64,000 nt of DNA from Oxalobacteraceae bacterium GrIS 1.11. GTDB lineage: Bacteria > Pseudomonadota > Gammaproteobacteria > Burkholderiales > Burkholderiaceae_D. A program made the position numbers and the translations under genes. Positions 42,078 to 50,294 of the stretch are shown here, piece after piece (position 1 is the first letter of the stretch; each line of letters begins with the position of its first letter). Location of the stretch: the NCBI GenBank assembly GCA_040544385.1, contig JBEONR010000025.1, forward strand, positions 30,883 through 94,882. Direction: 5' to 3'. A model generated the notes under the pieces. It worked only from the letters and a program-made list of their open reading frames with translations, was not told the origin of the DNA and did no database searches.

Positions 42078-43442
42078 ATGGCATATCAAACTATCAATCC
42101 CTACAACGGAAAAGCCGGTGAAACGTTTGCGGAGTGCACAGCCGAACAACTTGAAGCCAAGCTCGACCTTGCCGCAAATTGCTACCGGAATTGGCGCGCG
42201 ACCGGCTTTGCGGAGCGCAAAACCGTCCTGACGCGGGCCGCTTCCCTGATGCGCGAACGCAGCGAGCAGTTAGCCGGCTTGATTACGCTGGAAATGGGCA
42301 AGCGCATCGCCGAGAGCCGTGGCGAAGTCGCGCTGAGCGCGGCGATCCTCGAGTATTACGCCGAGCATGCCGAGCGCTTCCTGGCGCCTGAAATGCTGCC
42401 GACCAAGAAAGGCGAGGCAATGCTGGAAAGCAGCCCGATCGGCGTGCTGTTTGGCGTCGAGCCGTGGAATTATCCTTACTATCAGATTGCCCGCTTCGCT
42501 GCGCCCAATCTGATGGCCGGCAATGTGGTGATGGTCAAGCATGCATCGAACGTGCCGCAATGCGCGCGCGCGTTCGAGCAACTGATGGCGGATGCCGGCG
42601 CGCCCGTGGGGGCCTATACGAATCTGTTCATTTCCAAGGACCAGGTGGCGCAGGTGATTGACGATGCGCGCATCCGCGGCGTGGCGCTGACGGGCAGCGA
42701 AGCGGCGGGCGCCGTTGTCGCGGCCAGGGCGGGACACAATTTGAAGAAAACCACGATGGAACTGGGCGGCAGCGACGCCTTCATCGTGCTCGAGGACGCC
42801 GATCTGGACCTGGCGCTCAAGCATGCCGTCAGCGGGCGCATGTCCAATAGCGGACAGGCTTGCACGGCATCGAAGCGCTTCATCGTCGTCGACGCCATGG
42901 CGGAGCAATTCATGAGCCGCTTCAAGGCCGCGCTGGCGGACTTCAAGGCCGGCGACCCGATGGATGAAACCACCACGATGGCGCCCTTGTCATCCGAATC
43001 GGCGCTGACCAAGCTGCTCGATCAAGTCAAGCGGGCGCGCAGCAACGGCGCCAGCGTGATCATGGGCGGTGAACGCCTGGACCGTTCCGGCTTCTTCATG
43101 CAACCAACCATACTTGCCGATATTGACGCCAGCAATCCAACTTACAAGGAAGAGTTTTTTGGTCCGGTCGCGATGTTTTTCCGGGTTGCGGACGAAGATG
43201 CGGCAATTCGCCTTGCCAATGATTCCCCGTTCGGCCTCGGTGGTGCAGTCTTCACCAAGGATATTGAACGGGGCAAGCGCGTCGCCTCTCAAATCGAGAC
43301 GGGCATGGTGTTCATTAACGCGGCCTTGTCGTCGTCGCCGGATTTGCCCTTTGGCGGCATCAAGAATTCCGGCTACGGCCGCGAGTTGTCGGCCGCCGGC
43401 ATTCAGGAATTCGTCAACAAGAAGCTGATCCGGGTAGCGTGA
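42078..43442 (+). CDS. NAD(P)-dependent succinate-semialdehyde/aldehyde dehydrogenase
   Basis: The ALDH glutamate active site ELGGSDAF and cysteine site GQACTASKR. 454 aa. Confidence 0.9.
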   Translation: MAYQTINPYNGKAGETFAECTAEQLEAKLDLAANCYRNWRATGFAERKTVLTRAASLMRERSEQLAGLITLEMGKRIAESRGEVALSAAILEYYAEHAERFLAPEMLPTKKGEAMLESSPIGVLFGVEPWNYPYYQIARFAAPNLMAGNVVMVKHASNVPQCARAFEQLMADAGAPVGAYTNLFISKDQVAQVIDDARIRGVALTGSEAAGAVVAARAGHNLKKTTMELGGSDAFIVLEDADLDLALKHAVSGRMSNSGQACTASKRFIVVDAMAEQFMSRFKAALADFKAGDPMDETTTMAPLSSESALTKLLDQVKRARSNGASVIMGGERLDRSGFFMQPTILADIDASNPTYKEEFFGPVAMFFRVADEDAAIRLANDSPFGLGGAVFTKDIERGKRVASQIETGMVFINAALSSSPDLPFGGIKNSGYGRELSAAGIQEFVNKKLIRVA

Positions 43443-43537
43443 TCCAAGCTTGCGCCGGCTTCGGCACGGCGCAAGCAGCATTGCCATTGCGTGCCATTGC
43501 GCGGCGGCCGGGCGCCCATCGGCGCCCGTCCGTTTTT

Positions 43538-44218
43538 TTAAGCTGCGAGCAGCTTGAGCAGCGCTTCGGCCGCCGCTTCCGACGAGGCCGGGTTCTGTCC
43601 GGTGATCAAGATGCCATCGGTCAGGACATACGATGCCCAGTCGGCCGCCTTGGAATAGATGCCGCCGTTTTCCTTGAGCATGTCTTCCACCAGGAAGGGC
43701 ACGATCTGGCGCAAGCCAACTGCGTCTTCTTCCGTATTGGTGAAGCCTGTCACTTTTTTGCCCTTGACCAGCGGCGCGCCGTCGACCCCCTTCACGTGGC
43801 GCAACACGCCAGGCGCGTGGCATACCGCCGCCACCGGCTTGCCGGCCGCCTGCATGGTTTCGATCAAGGCGATCGAGGCCGGATCTTCGGCCAAGTCCCA
43901 CAGGGGGCCGTGGCCGCCCGGATAAAACACGGCGTCGAAATCGGCGCCGGACAGCTCGGCCAGCTTCACCGTGGCGCCCAGCGTCGCTTGCGCGGCCAGG
44001 TCGCCCTTGAAGCGGCGCGTGGCTGCCGTCTGCGATTCCGGGGCATCGCTTTTCGGGTCCAGCGGCGGCTGCCCGCCCAGCGGCGAGGCTAGCGTGACGG
44101 TGGCGCCCGCGTCTTTCAAGACATAATAAGGGGCGGCGAATTCTTCCAGCCAGAAACCGGTTTTATGGCCGGTGTTGCCGAGTTGGTCGTGCGAGGTCAA
44201 AACCATTAATACGTTCAT
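43538..44218 (-). CDS. DJ-1/PfpI-family protein (class I glutamine amidotransferase-like)
   Basis: MNVLMVLTSHDQLG… with a nucleophile-elbow AVCHAPGVL. The ORF-track upstream extension is discarded. Confidence 0.85.
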   Translation of the reverse strand: MNVLMVLTSHDQLGNTGHKTGFWLEEFAAPYYVLKDAGATVTLASPLGGQPPLDPKSDAPESQTAATRRFKGDLAAQATLGATVKLAELSGADFDAVFYPGGHGPLWDLAEDPASIALIETMQAAGKPVAAVCHAPGVLRHVKGVDGAPLVKGKKVTGFTNTEEDAVGLRQIVPFLVEDMLKENGGIYSKAADWASYVLTDGILITGQNPASSEAAAEALLKLLAA

Positions 44219-44244
44219 GTGGATTCCTTTAGACGGTGCGGGAT

Positions 44245-45270
44245 TTATTGGGCGACGCGGATGACGAGCTTGCCGAAGTTCTTGCCTTCGAGCAGGCCGA
44301 TGAAGGCTTGCGGCGCATGTTCCAGGCCATCCACGATATCTTCGCGGAACTTGATCTTGCCTTCCTTGAGCCAGGTGCTCATCTGGCTGAAGAATTCGCC
44401 GTAGCGCTGGCCATAATCGTCGAAGATGATGAAGCCTTGCATTTTGATGCGCTTGGTGAGGATGGTGCGCGTCAGCAAGCCCAAGCGGTCCGGCCCGGCC
44501 GGCAATTCGGTCATATTGTAATTGGCGATCAAGCCGCATACCGGCACGCGCGCGCCGACATTGAGCAGCGGCAGCACGGCGTCAAATACCGCGCCGCCGA
44601 CGTTTTCAAAATACACATCGATGCCTTTGGCGCAGGCAGCGCCCAGTTGCGCGGCGAAATCGGCGGCGCGGTGGTCGATGCAAGCGTCAAAGCCCAGTTC
44701 CTCGACCACATAGCGGCATTTGTCGGCGCCGCCGGCAATGCCGACCACGCGGCAACCCTTGATCTTGGCGACCTGGCCCACCACGGAGCCGACCGCGCCG
44801 CTGGCGGCGGCCACCACCACGGTCTCACCGCTTTTCGGCTGGCCGATGTCGAGTAAACCCATGTAGGCGGTGAAGCCGGTCATGCCCAGCACGCCCAGCG
44901 CGCTCGACGGTTGCGCCATGTCGGCGGCCAGCTTGCTCAAGCCGCTGCCGTCGGACAAGGCATAGTCCTGCCAGCCGCTATAGCCGAGCACCAGGTCGCC
45001 GGGCCGGTAGTCCGGGTGTTGCGACGCTTCCACGCGCGACACGGTGGCGCCCACCATCACGGCGCCCAATTCGACCGGCGCCGCGTAAGACGGCGCGTCG
45101 CTCATGCGTCCGCGCATATACGGGTCGAGCGACAGGTACAGGGTGCGCAGCAGAACCTGGCCCGCTTGCGGCGCTGCCAGGGTGCTTTCCTTCAAGGCGA
45201 AATTGGCCGCCGTCGGTGCGCCGTGGGGGCGGCTGTTCAAGACGATGCTGCGATTATTGGTGTGGGACAT
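44245..45270 (-). CDS. NADP-dependent oxidoreductase, MDR superfamily (YncB/CurA/LTB4DH-like)
   Basis: Rossmann motif AAASGAVGSVVGQVAKIKG plus an enoyl-reductase-like layout. Confidence 0.9.
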   Translation of the reverse strand: MSHTNNRSIVLNSRPHGAPTAANFALKESTLAAPQAGQVLLRTLYLSLDPYMRGRMSDAPSYAAPVELGAVMVGATVSRVEASQHPDYRPGDLVLGYSGWQDYALSDGSGLSKLAADMAQPSSALGVLGMTGFTAYMGLLDIGQPKSGETVVVAAASGAVGSVVGQVAKIKGCRVVGIAGGADKCRYVVEELGFDACIDHRAADFAAQLGAACAKGIDVYFENVGGAVFDAVLPLLNVGARVPVCGLIANYNMTELPAGPDRLGLLTRTILTKRIKMQGFIIFDDYGQRYGEFFSQMSTWLKEGKIKFREDIVDGLEHAPQAFIGLLEGKNFGKLVIRVAQ

Positions 45271-45313
45271 GGTGTTATTCCTATCGAAGAGAACGGTTTT
45301 AATGACAAACAGA

Positions 45314-46228
45314 TCAATCCCGGCTGGTCTGGACGACGTAGCCGAGGCGGGGAAAATGGACGTGGATCAAACCGGCTTGCGGCGAATCGTGGGCCAGCAT
45401 GACGCTTTGTTCGTCGAGCCGTACCATGCGCCCGCGCACGGCTTCGCGCGGATAGCCTTCCGGCATCACGGTAATCGTGGCCCCCGGCGCAGGGGCCCCC
45501 GGCGTGGACACGTCCGGCGTGGACCGTGCCGGTTCGCTGGCCAGGGCCACTGCGATCGCCTCTTCTGGCGACATCGTCAGCGGCCGGCCCTTGCCAAAGG
45601 CGGCCATGCGTGCCATCCAATCCCGCAAGCGGCTCGCCTGCGGCGCCAGCGCGCTCAAGCCGTCGACGTTTTGCAAGAACCACAGCGGGTGGTAGAGGCC
45701 GAAATCGCCGAAGGCCGGCAGTGTGCCGCCAAAGAACCCGTCTTCGCCAAGCGCCGCGTCGAGCATCTGCAGCACGGGCCGCAATTGCTCGGCGACTGCG
45801 GGCAGGTCGGCGGCCAGCCTGGCGCGTTCGAATTGCATCTGTGGATGCATGGCGGCCCGGTCTTCCAGCATGACTTGCGGAATCTGTTCGGCGCGCAAAC
45901 CCATCACGTAGCGCACGGCGCGCCAAAACAAGTCGACGTCGACCAGGTGGCTGAGCAAGTCGGCGCTCGCCTTGCTTGCCAGCGCAGGGGCGGGGAAACG
46001 GCGCGCGATTTCAGCCCCGATCAAGGCCGAATCGCAATAGATGTCGGCGCCGATTTGCAGCACCGGCGCGCGCCGGTAGCCATTGCTCAGGGCCATCAAG
46101 TCCGGCTTGGGCAGCATTGGCGAAATCGTCACGGAACGCCAATCGAGTTGCTTGTAGCCCAGCAAGAGACGGATCTTTTCCGAATAGGGCGAACCGTCGT
46201 AGTGATGCAATATCAATTCATCAGTCAT
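45314..46228 (-). CDS. Glutathione S-transferase family protein
   Basis: The N-terminal thioredoxin-like GST_N pattern (…HHYDGSPYSEKIRLLLGYKQLDW…). Confidence 0.7.
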   Translation of the reverse strand: MTDELILHHYDGSPYSEKIRLLLGYKQLDWRSVTISPMLPKPDLMALSNGYRRAPVLQIGADIYCDSALIGAEIARRFPAPALASKASADLLSHLVDVDLFWRAVRYVMGLRAEQIPQVMLEDRAAMHPQMQFERARLAADLPAVAEQLRPVLQMLDAALGEDGFFGGTLPAFGDFGLYHPLWFLQNVDGLSALAPQASRLRDWMARMAAFGKGRPLTMSPEEAIAVALASEPARSTPDVSTPGAPAPGATITVMPEGYPREAVRGRMVRLDEQSVMLAHDSPQAGLIHVHFPRLGYVVQTSRD

Positions 46229-46246
46229 GGCGTAATCCTTTGCTGT

Positions 46247-47404
46247 TTACAGTGCCGCTTCGAGGATGCGGCGGCTCACTGTCAAATCAATGTCGCGCCG
46301 TTCGCCGAGCGCGGTCATGCCGTGCGCCTCGAGCTGGGCGACGACGGCCTCGACCGCATCGCGCCCCAGATCGTAGCCGGACAGCCGGGTCGGAATGCCG
46401 AGCGACTCGAAAAACTGGCGCGTGCGCGCGATCGCTTCGTCAATGCGTTGCTCTTCGCTACCGCTGTCGATGCCCCAGACCCGCTTGCCGTATTGAAGCA
46501 GCTTGTCGCGTTTGTTGGCGCGCTGTACGTTCAACAGCGACGGCAAGACGATGGCCAGGGTGCGCGCATGGTCGATGTTGTAGAGCGCCGTCAATTCATG
46601 ACCGATCATGTGGGTGCCCCAGTCTTGCGGCACGCCGGCGCCGATCAAGCCGTTCAGGGCCAGCGAGGCAACCCACATCAGGTTGCTGCGGGTATCGTAG
46701 TCGTCGGTGCCGGCCAGCGCTTGCGGCGCGATTTCAATCAAGGTTTGCAGCAAGCCTTCGGCGAAGCGGTCCTGCGCCTTGGCATTGACCGGATACGTCA
46801 GGTATTGCTCGACAATGTGGACGAAGGCGTCCGCCACGCCATTGGCGATTTGCTGCGGCGGCAGGGTGTACGTCTTGGTCGGGTCGAGTATCGAGAACAG
46901 GGGAAATGCGTGCTTGCTGCGGAAGGGCAGCTTGGTATGGCTGGCCTTGAGCGTGACCACGCCGCCATTATTCATTTCCGAACCGGTCGCCGGCAGGGTC
47001 AGCACGGCGCCGAACGGCAGCGCGCCAGCGATCTTGGCGCCGGAACTGAGCATGATGTCCCACGCTTCGCCTTCATAGACGGCTGCCGCGGCGACAAACT
47101 TGGTGCCGTCAATCACCGAGCCGCCGCCCACGGCCAGCAAGAAATCGAGCTTTTCGCGCCGCACTTGCTCGACCGCCCGCATCAACGTTTCATAGCTGGG
47201 ATTGGGCTCGATACCGCCGAATTCCTGGACTGTGCGCTCGCCCAGCGCGGCCCGTACTTCGGCCAGGGTGCCGGTCTTTTCGGCGCTGGCGCCGCCGTAC
47301 AGTATCAGTACCCGGGCCGTTTTCGGCACCAGGGTGGACAGGGAAGCAACGGTGTTGGCGCCAAAGACGATCTTGGTCGGATTATAAAATTCAAAATTCA
47401 GCAT
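46247..47404 (-). CDS. Iron-containing alcohol dehydrogenase (YqhD-like NADPH aldehyde reductase)
   Basis: Fe-ADH motifs GGGSVIDGTK and metal-binding His-rich region …HMIGHELTALYNIDHARTLA…. Confidence 0.9.
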   Translation of the reverse strand: MLNFEFYNPTKIVFGANTVASLSTLVPKTARVLILYGGASAEKTGTLAEVRAALGERTVQEFGGIEPNPSYETLMRAVEQVRREKLDFLLAVGGGSVIDGTKFVAAAAVYEGEAWDIMLSSGAKIAGALPFGAVLTLPATGSEMNNGGVVTLKASHTKLPFRSKHAFPLFSILDPTKTYTLPPQQIANGVADAFVHIVEQYLTYPVNAKAQDRFAEGLLQTLIEIAPQALAGTDDYDTRSNLMWVASLALNGLIGAGVPQDWGTHMIGHELTALYNIDHARTLAIVLPSLLNVQRANKRDKLLQYGKRVWGIDSGSEEQRIDEAIARTRQFFESLGIPTRLSGYDLGRDAVEAVVAQLEAHGMTALGERRDIDLTVSRRILEAAL

Positions 47405-47410
47405 GTTTGC

Positions 47411-47432
47411 TCCTAAATTAGACTGGTCGTCT
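47411..47432. promoter_or_regulatory. Candidate TetR operator (AAATTAGAC-N5-GTCTAG palindrome) upstream of the Fe-ADH gene
   Basis: cctAAATTAGACtggtcGTCTAGgg. A near-identical copy lies upstream of tetR at 48098-48122. Confidence 0.45.
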
Positions 47433-47489
47433 AGGGTGTCGGTGAAAAAAATCCGCCACCAGCCTCTGTGCTGGCGGCGGCAAGTCCAT

Positions 47490-48083
47490 TCAATGAGGCA
47501 GATTCAACAGTTTGCGGGTGGCGGCCATCGCGCTCATGAACGCGCTCGGTTCGCGCCGCAACTTGGTCAAGAGGGCCGCGCCCAACCACATTTGGTACAG
47601 GGTCAGGGCGGTATGGTTGGCGTCGAAGTCGCCTTGCAACGAGGTGTCGGCCACGGCTTCCCGGATGCAGGCGGCGAGCCGCTCGACGATCAGGTTGGTG
47701 CCCCTGAGCAAAGCGAGGCGCATGGGGTCGGACATGTCGGACACTTCGCCGCTCAGTTTCACGACCAGGCATTTGCAATCGAGGTTCTCGCTGCACTGGG
47801 TATCGATCCAGCTATTCCAGTAAGCCATCAGGCGTTGCGCGGCCGGCACGCCCGCCTCGCCGAGCAGGGCGTCAAGCTTGGTGAGGTAATCGGCCACATA
47901 ACTTTCCAGCAGGGCTGCGCCAAACAATTCCTTGGACTTGAAGTAATGATAAAAGGAACCTTTTGGCACACCCGCAGCCGACAATATTTCATTCAAACCA
48001 ACGGCGGAAAAGCCCTTGCCGATGATGATGGTCCTGCCGGTGTCGAGAATATGCTGGCGCACGTCGTGGTGTTCAATGTTCAT
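47490..48083 (-). CDS. TetR-family transcriptional regulator
   Basis: The N-terminal TetR HTH (…RQHILDTGRTIIIGKGFSAVGLNEILSAAGVPKGSFYHYF…). Confidence 0.85.
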   Translation of the reverse strand: MNIEHHDVRQHILDTGRTIIIGKGFSAVGLNEILSAAGVPKGSFYHYFKSKELFGAALLESYVADYLTKLDALLGEAGVPAAQRLMAYWNSWIDTQCSENLDCKCLVVKLSGEVSDMSDPMRLALLRGTNLIVERLAACIREAVADTSLQGDFDANHTALTLYQMWLGAALLTKLRREPSAFMSAMAATRKLLNLPH

Positions 48084-48097
48084 GTGTGACATCTTAC

Positions 48098-48122
48098 ATC
48101 AAATTAGACCAGTCGTCTAGTT
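48098..48122. promoter_or_regulatory. Second copy of the TAGAC-N5-GTCTA palindrome, upstream of tetR (autoregulatory operator candidate)
   Basis: AAATTAGACcagtcGTCTAGttc. Confidence 0.45.
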
Positions 48123-48199
48123 CGCTTGAAATCGTCTTTTGCGGGGCATGGAATGCTTGTGGCCAGCGGCGCCGATTGATTTTCGCTGGCGCCAATCGA

Positions 48200-48769
48200 T
48201 CAAGTCGTGCTCGTCAACGTCGTATTGAAAAGCTGGCGCACCCGCGCCGGGTCGACGTCCGGCACCAGCGGCAGGAAATAGCGAAGTTGCCACTGCTGCG
48301 TCTTGATCGCATCCTTGGCCACCGGATTGCTCCAGGGCGGGTAGACGCGCATGGCGCGCTTGCCGCCCTTGCCGTCGCGCGACATCACGCCATGTTTGAG
48401 CAGCGCTTCCTGGCTGAATACAAATTGGCCCAGCTGCGCCGCGTCGTCCACGCTCACCACCACGAAGTCCACCCCATCGCCGCTGTCGAGCGGCGCAATG
48501 TCGTCGTCGGGCATGGGCCGCTTCCAGATGGTCACAAACTGTCCCAGCTTGGTCGGGGTCGTTTTTGCTACCCGGAAGACAATGGCATGACCCTCAAGGC
48601 CGAGGCGGCAGGCGCCATATTCGGCGCTCTCCGCTTCACGCCGGACGGCCTGCGTCACACGCATTCCGGCCGGCGTATATGCCTGGGAAATGGCCGCCAG
48701 CAAGTCAGGCGGCAGATGGCCCGAGGCCGCCACATCAGCCAAGCGTTCATTTTTATATTCTGTGTTCAT
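48200..48769 (-). CDS. MepB-family protein
   Basis: MNTEYKNERLADVAASG… is a 189-aa MepB-like sequence. The Arg-rich N-terminal extension in ORF 48200..49426 is a frame artefact that overlaps the next gene. Confidence 0.65.
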   Translation of the reverse strand: MNTEYKNERLADVAASGHLPPDLLAAISQAYTPAGMRVTQAVRREAESAEYGACRLGLEGHAIVFRVAKTTPTKLGQFVTIWKRPMPDDDIAPLDSGDGVDFVVVSVDDAAQLGQFVFSQEALLKHGVMSRDGKGGKRAMRVYPPWSNPVAKDAIKTQQWQLRYFLPLVPDVDPARVRQLFNTTLTSTT

Positions 48770-48935
48770 TGCCGATACTCGATAAATTTGGCCGCTTGGC
48801 GGCATGGTCGGCGGGAATTGTACCGTACCCGGCGGCGTGCTCTGTTGCCGGTCCCGCTGGCAGCGCCGTGACTTGTTCATTCGAAAAAAAGCCACCCCAT
48901 ATCGGCGTGGCCTTATGTACACCCGCGTAGCGGCA

Positions 48936-49718
48936 TCAATCGCGGCGCGGATTGTCCGGGTGGCGGTCCAGGCGGTTCGGCACGCCGTCGCCGTCGCGGT
49001 CGTGATCCATGCGGTTCGGCACGCCATCGCCATCGCGGTCGTGCTCGCGGCGGTTCGGTACGCCATCACCGTCGCGGTCATGGCGGTTCGGTACGCCATC
49101 ACCGTCGCGGTCATGGTCGCGGCGGTTCGGGATGCCGTCATGGTCCTGGTCGCGGCGGCCGTCGCGCGGCGACCAGCGGCTCGGTTCCATATACCAGCGG
49201 CCATCGCGCTGGGCCCAACTGCTGTGGCTGTACACATAACCGGGACGCTCGGCGATCCACACGCCCGGCACCCAATCGTGACCCTGGCCGCGCCATTCCC
49301 AATGCCCGCCTTCCCAGATGTAACCGGCGCGCGGACTCGGCATGCGCTCATGGCGCGGCGGCGGCGGGGCCACCTGGACGTACTCCTGGCGCGGCGCCTG
49401 CGGCTCGGCGACAATCCAGCCGCCACGGTTCAAGCGCCACTGATCATGGTCGCGCACCCATTCGGCGGGCTGGTAACGGGCATCGCTGCGCTCCGTCTCC
49501 CAGCGGCCGGCGGCCCAGACGTGGCGCCCGCCCTCCCAATTCCAGTATCCTGGTGCCCAGACATAGCCGCGCCGCGCTTGTGGCACGCTTTCAAATCTTG
49601 GCGGGGGTGGGGCGTTGCCGATGACAATATTCAGGCCGACTTGGGCCACCGCGAAGGTCGGCATGAAAGCGGCCGAGCTGAGGGCGATCAGTGTTGCTGC
49701 GTAGAAGTTCGGTTTCAT
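48936..49718 (-). CDS. Secreted repeat protein: signal peptide, WxxGxW (YxWxxGxW) repeats and C-terminal Asp-rich calcium-binding (thrombospondin type-3-like) repeats
   Basis: MKPNFYAATLIALSSAAFMPTFAVAQ is the signal peptide. GYVWAPGYWNWEGGRHVWAAGRW-type repeats occur three times. There are five copies of DHDRDGDGVPNRxD. Confidence 0.7.
   Translation of the reverse strand: MKPNFYAATLIALSSAAFMPTFAVAQVGLNIVIGNAPPPPRFESVPQARRGYVWAPGYWNWEGGRHVWAAGRWETERSDARYQPAEWVRDHDQWRLNRGGWIVAEPQAPRQEYVQVAPPPPRHERMPSPRAGYIWEGGHWEWRGQGHDWVPGVWIAERPGYVYSHSSWAQRDGRWYMEPSRWSPRDGRRDQDHDGIPNRRDHDRDGDGVPNRHDRDGDGVPNRREHDRDGDGVPNRMDHDRDGDGVPNRLDRHPDNPRRD
48950..49140 (-). repeat. ~45-bp tandem DNA repeats encoding the DxDxDGxxxN calcium-binding units
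   Basis: ggcggttcggcacgccgtcgccgtcgcggtcgtgatccatgc-like units are repeated about four times. Confidence 0.7.
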
Positions 49719-49862
49719 TTTGTGTCTCCATTTCGCTATTGCGTGAAATGGACTATAACGGGGTGTCGGCAAGTTTTATTTAATTGATGCAACTCTTTAC
49801 AATTGACACACTATTCGCACAGCTGGGCGTGCGCTGGCGCACCGACGACGCGCCGGGCCCGC

Positions 49863-50099
49863 TCAAAACTTGCTGCCGGAGGCACCCAACAACGCTTGCT
49901 GGTGTTCCTGGCGTTCCTGGGCCAGCGACTGGGCTTTTTCTTGCTCCGTCATGCGTTTCGCGCTGGTCACCACGACTTGCATTGCTGGCGCGTCGGCGGT
50001 GGCGGGATCAGGCGTGCGGGCCAGGCTGACATAGGCGACCGAGCAAGCCAGGGCCACGGCTACGGTGAAAATGATTTCCATGTTTTTTAGCGCTTGCAT
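49863..50099 (-). CDS. Small hypothetical membrane-anchored protein (78 aa)
   Basis: MQALKNMEIIFTVAVALACSVAYVSLA… has one TM helix. The upstream extension of ORF 49863..50636 is discarded. Confidence 0.35.
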   Translation of the reverse strand: MQALKNMEIIFTVAVALACSVAYVSLARTPDPATADAPAMQVVVTSAKRMTEQEKAQSLAQERQEHQQALLGASGSKF

Positions 50100-50294
50100 G
50101 ATATTTCCTTGGTGGGTTGGTATGACTCCACTGTAAGGGCGCGCCGTTCGCGCCGCCAGGCGATTGCGACAAGGGGCCGTTTGGGCGGGATAAAGCGCAT
50201 AAATCGGCACCCAAGCGGGACCCGCCTTGGCGCCGCCCTCCGCTAAGCCTGGGCAGGGCGCCGACGCGCGCCCACCCATGCTAGCGAGGGGCCG

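Noticed and set aside
48770-49426. Arg-rich N-terminal extension of ORF 48200..49426
   Set aside because: Low-complexity R/A-rich translation overlapping the secreted repeat protein gene (48936..49718) out of frame. MepB begins at 48769.
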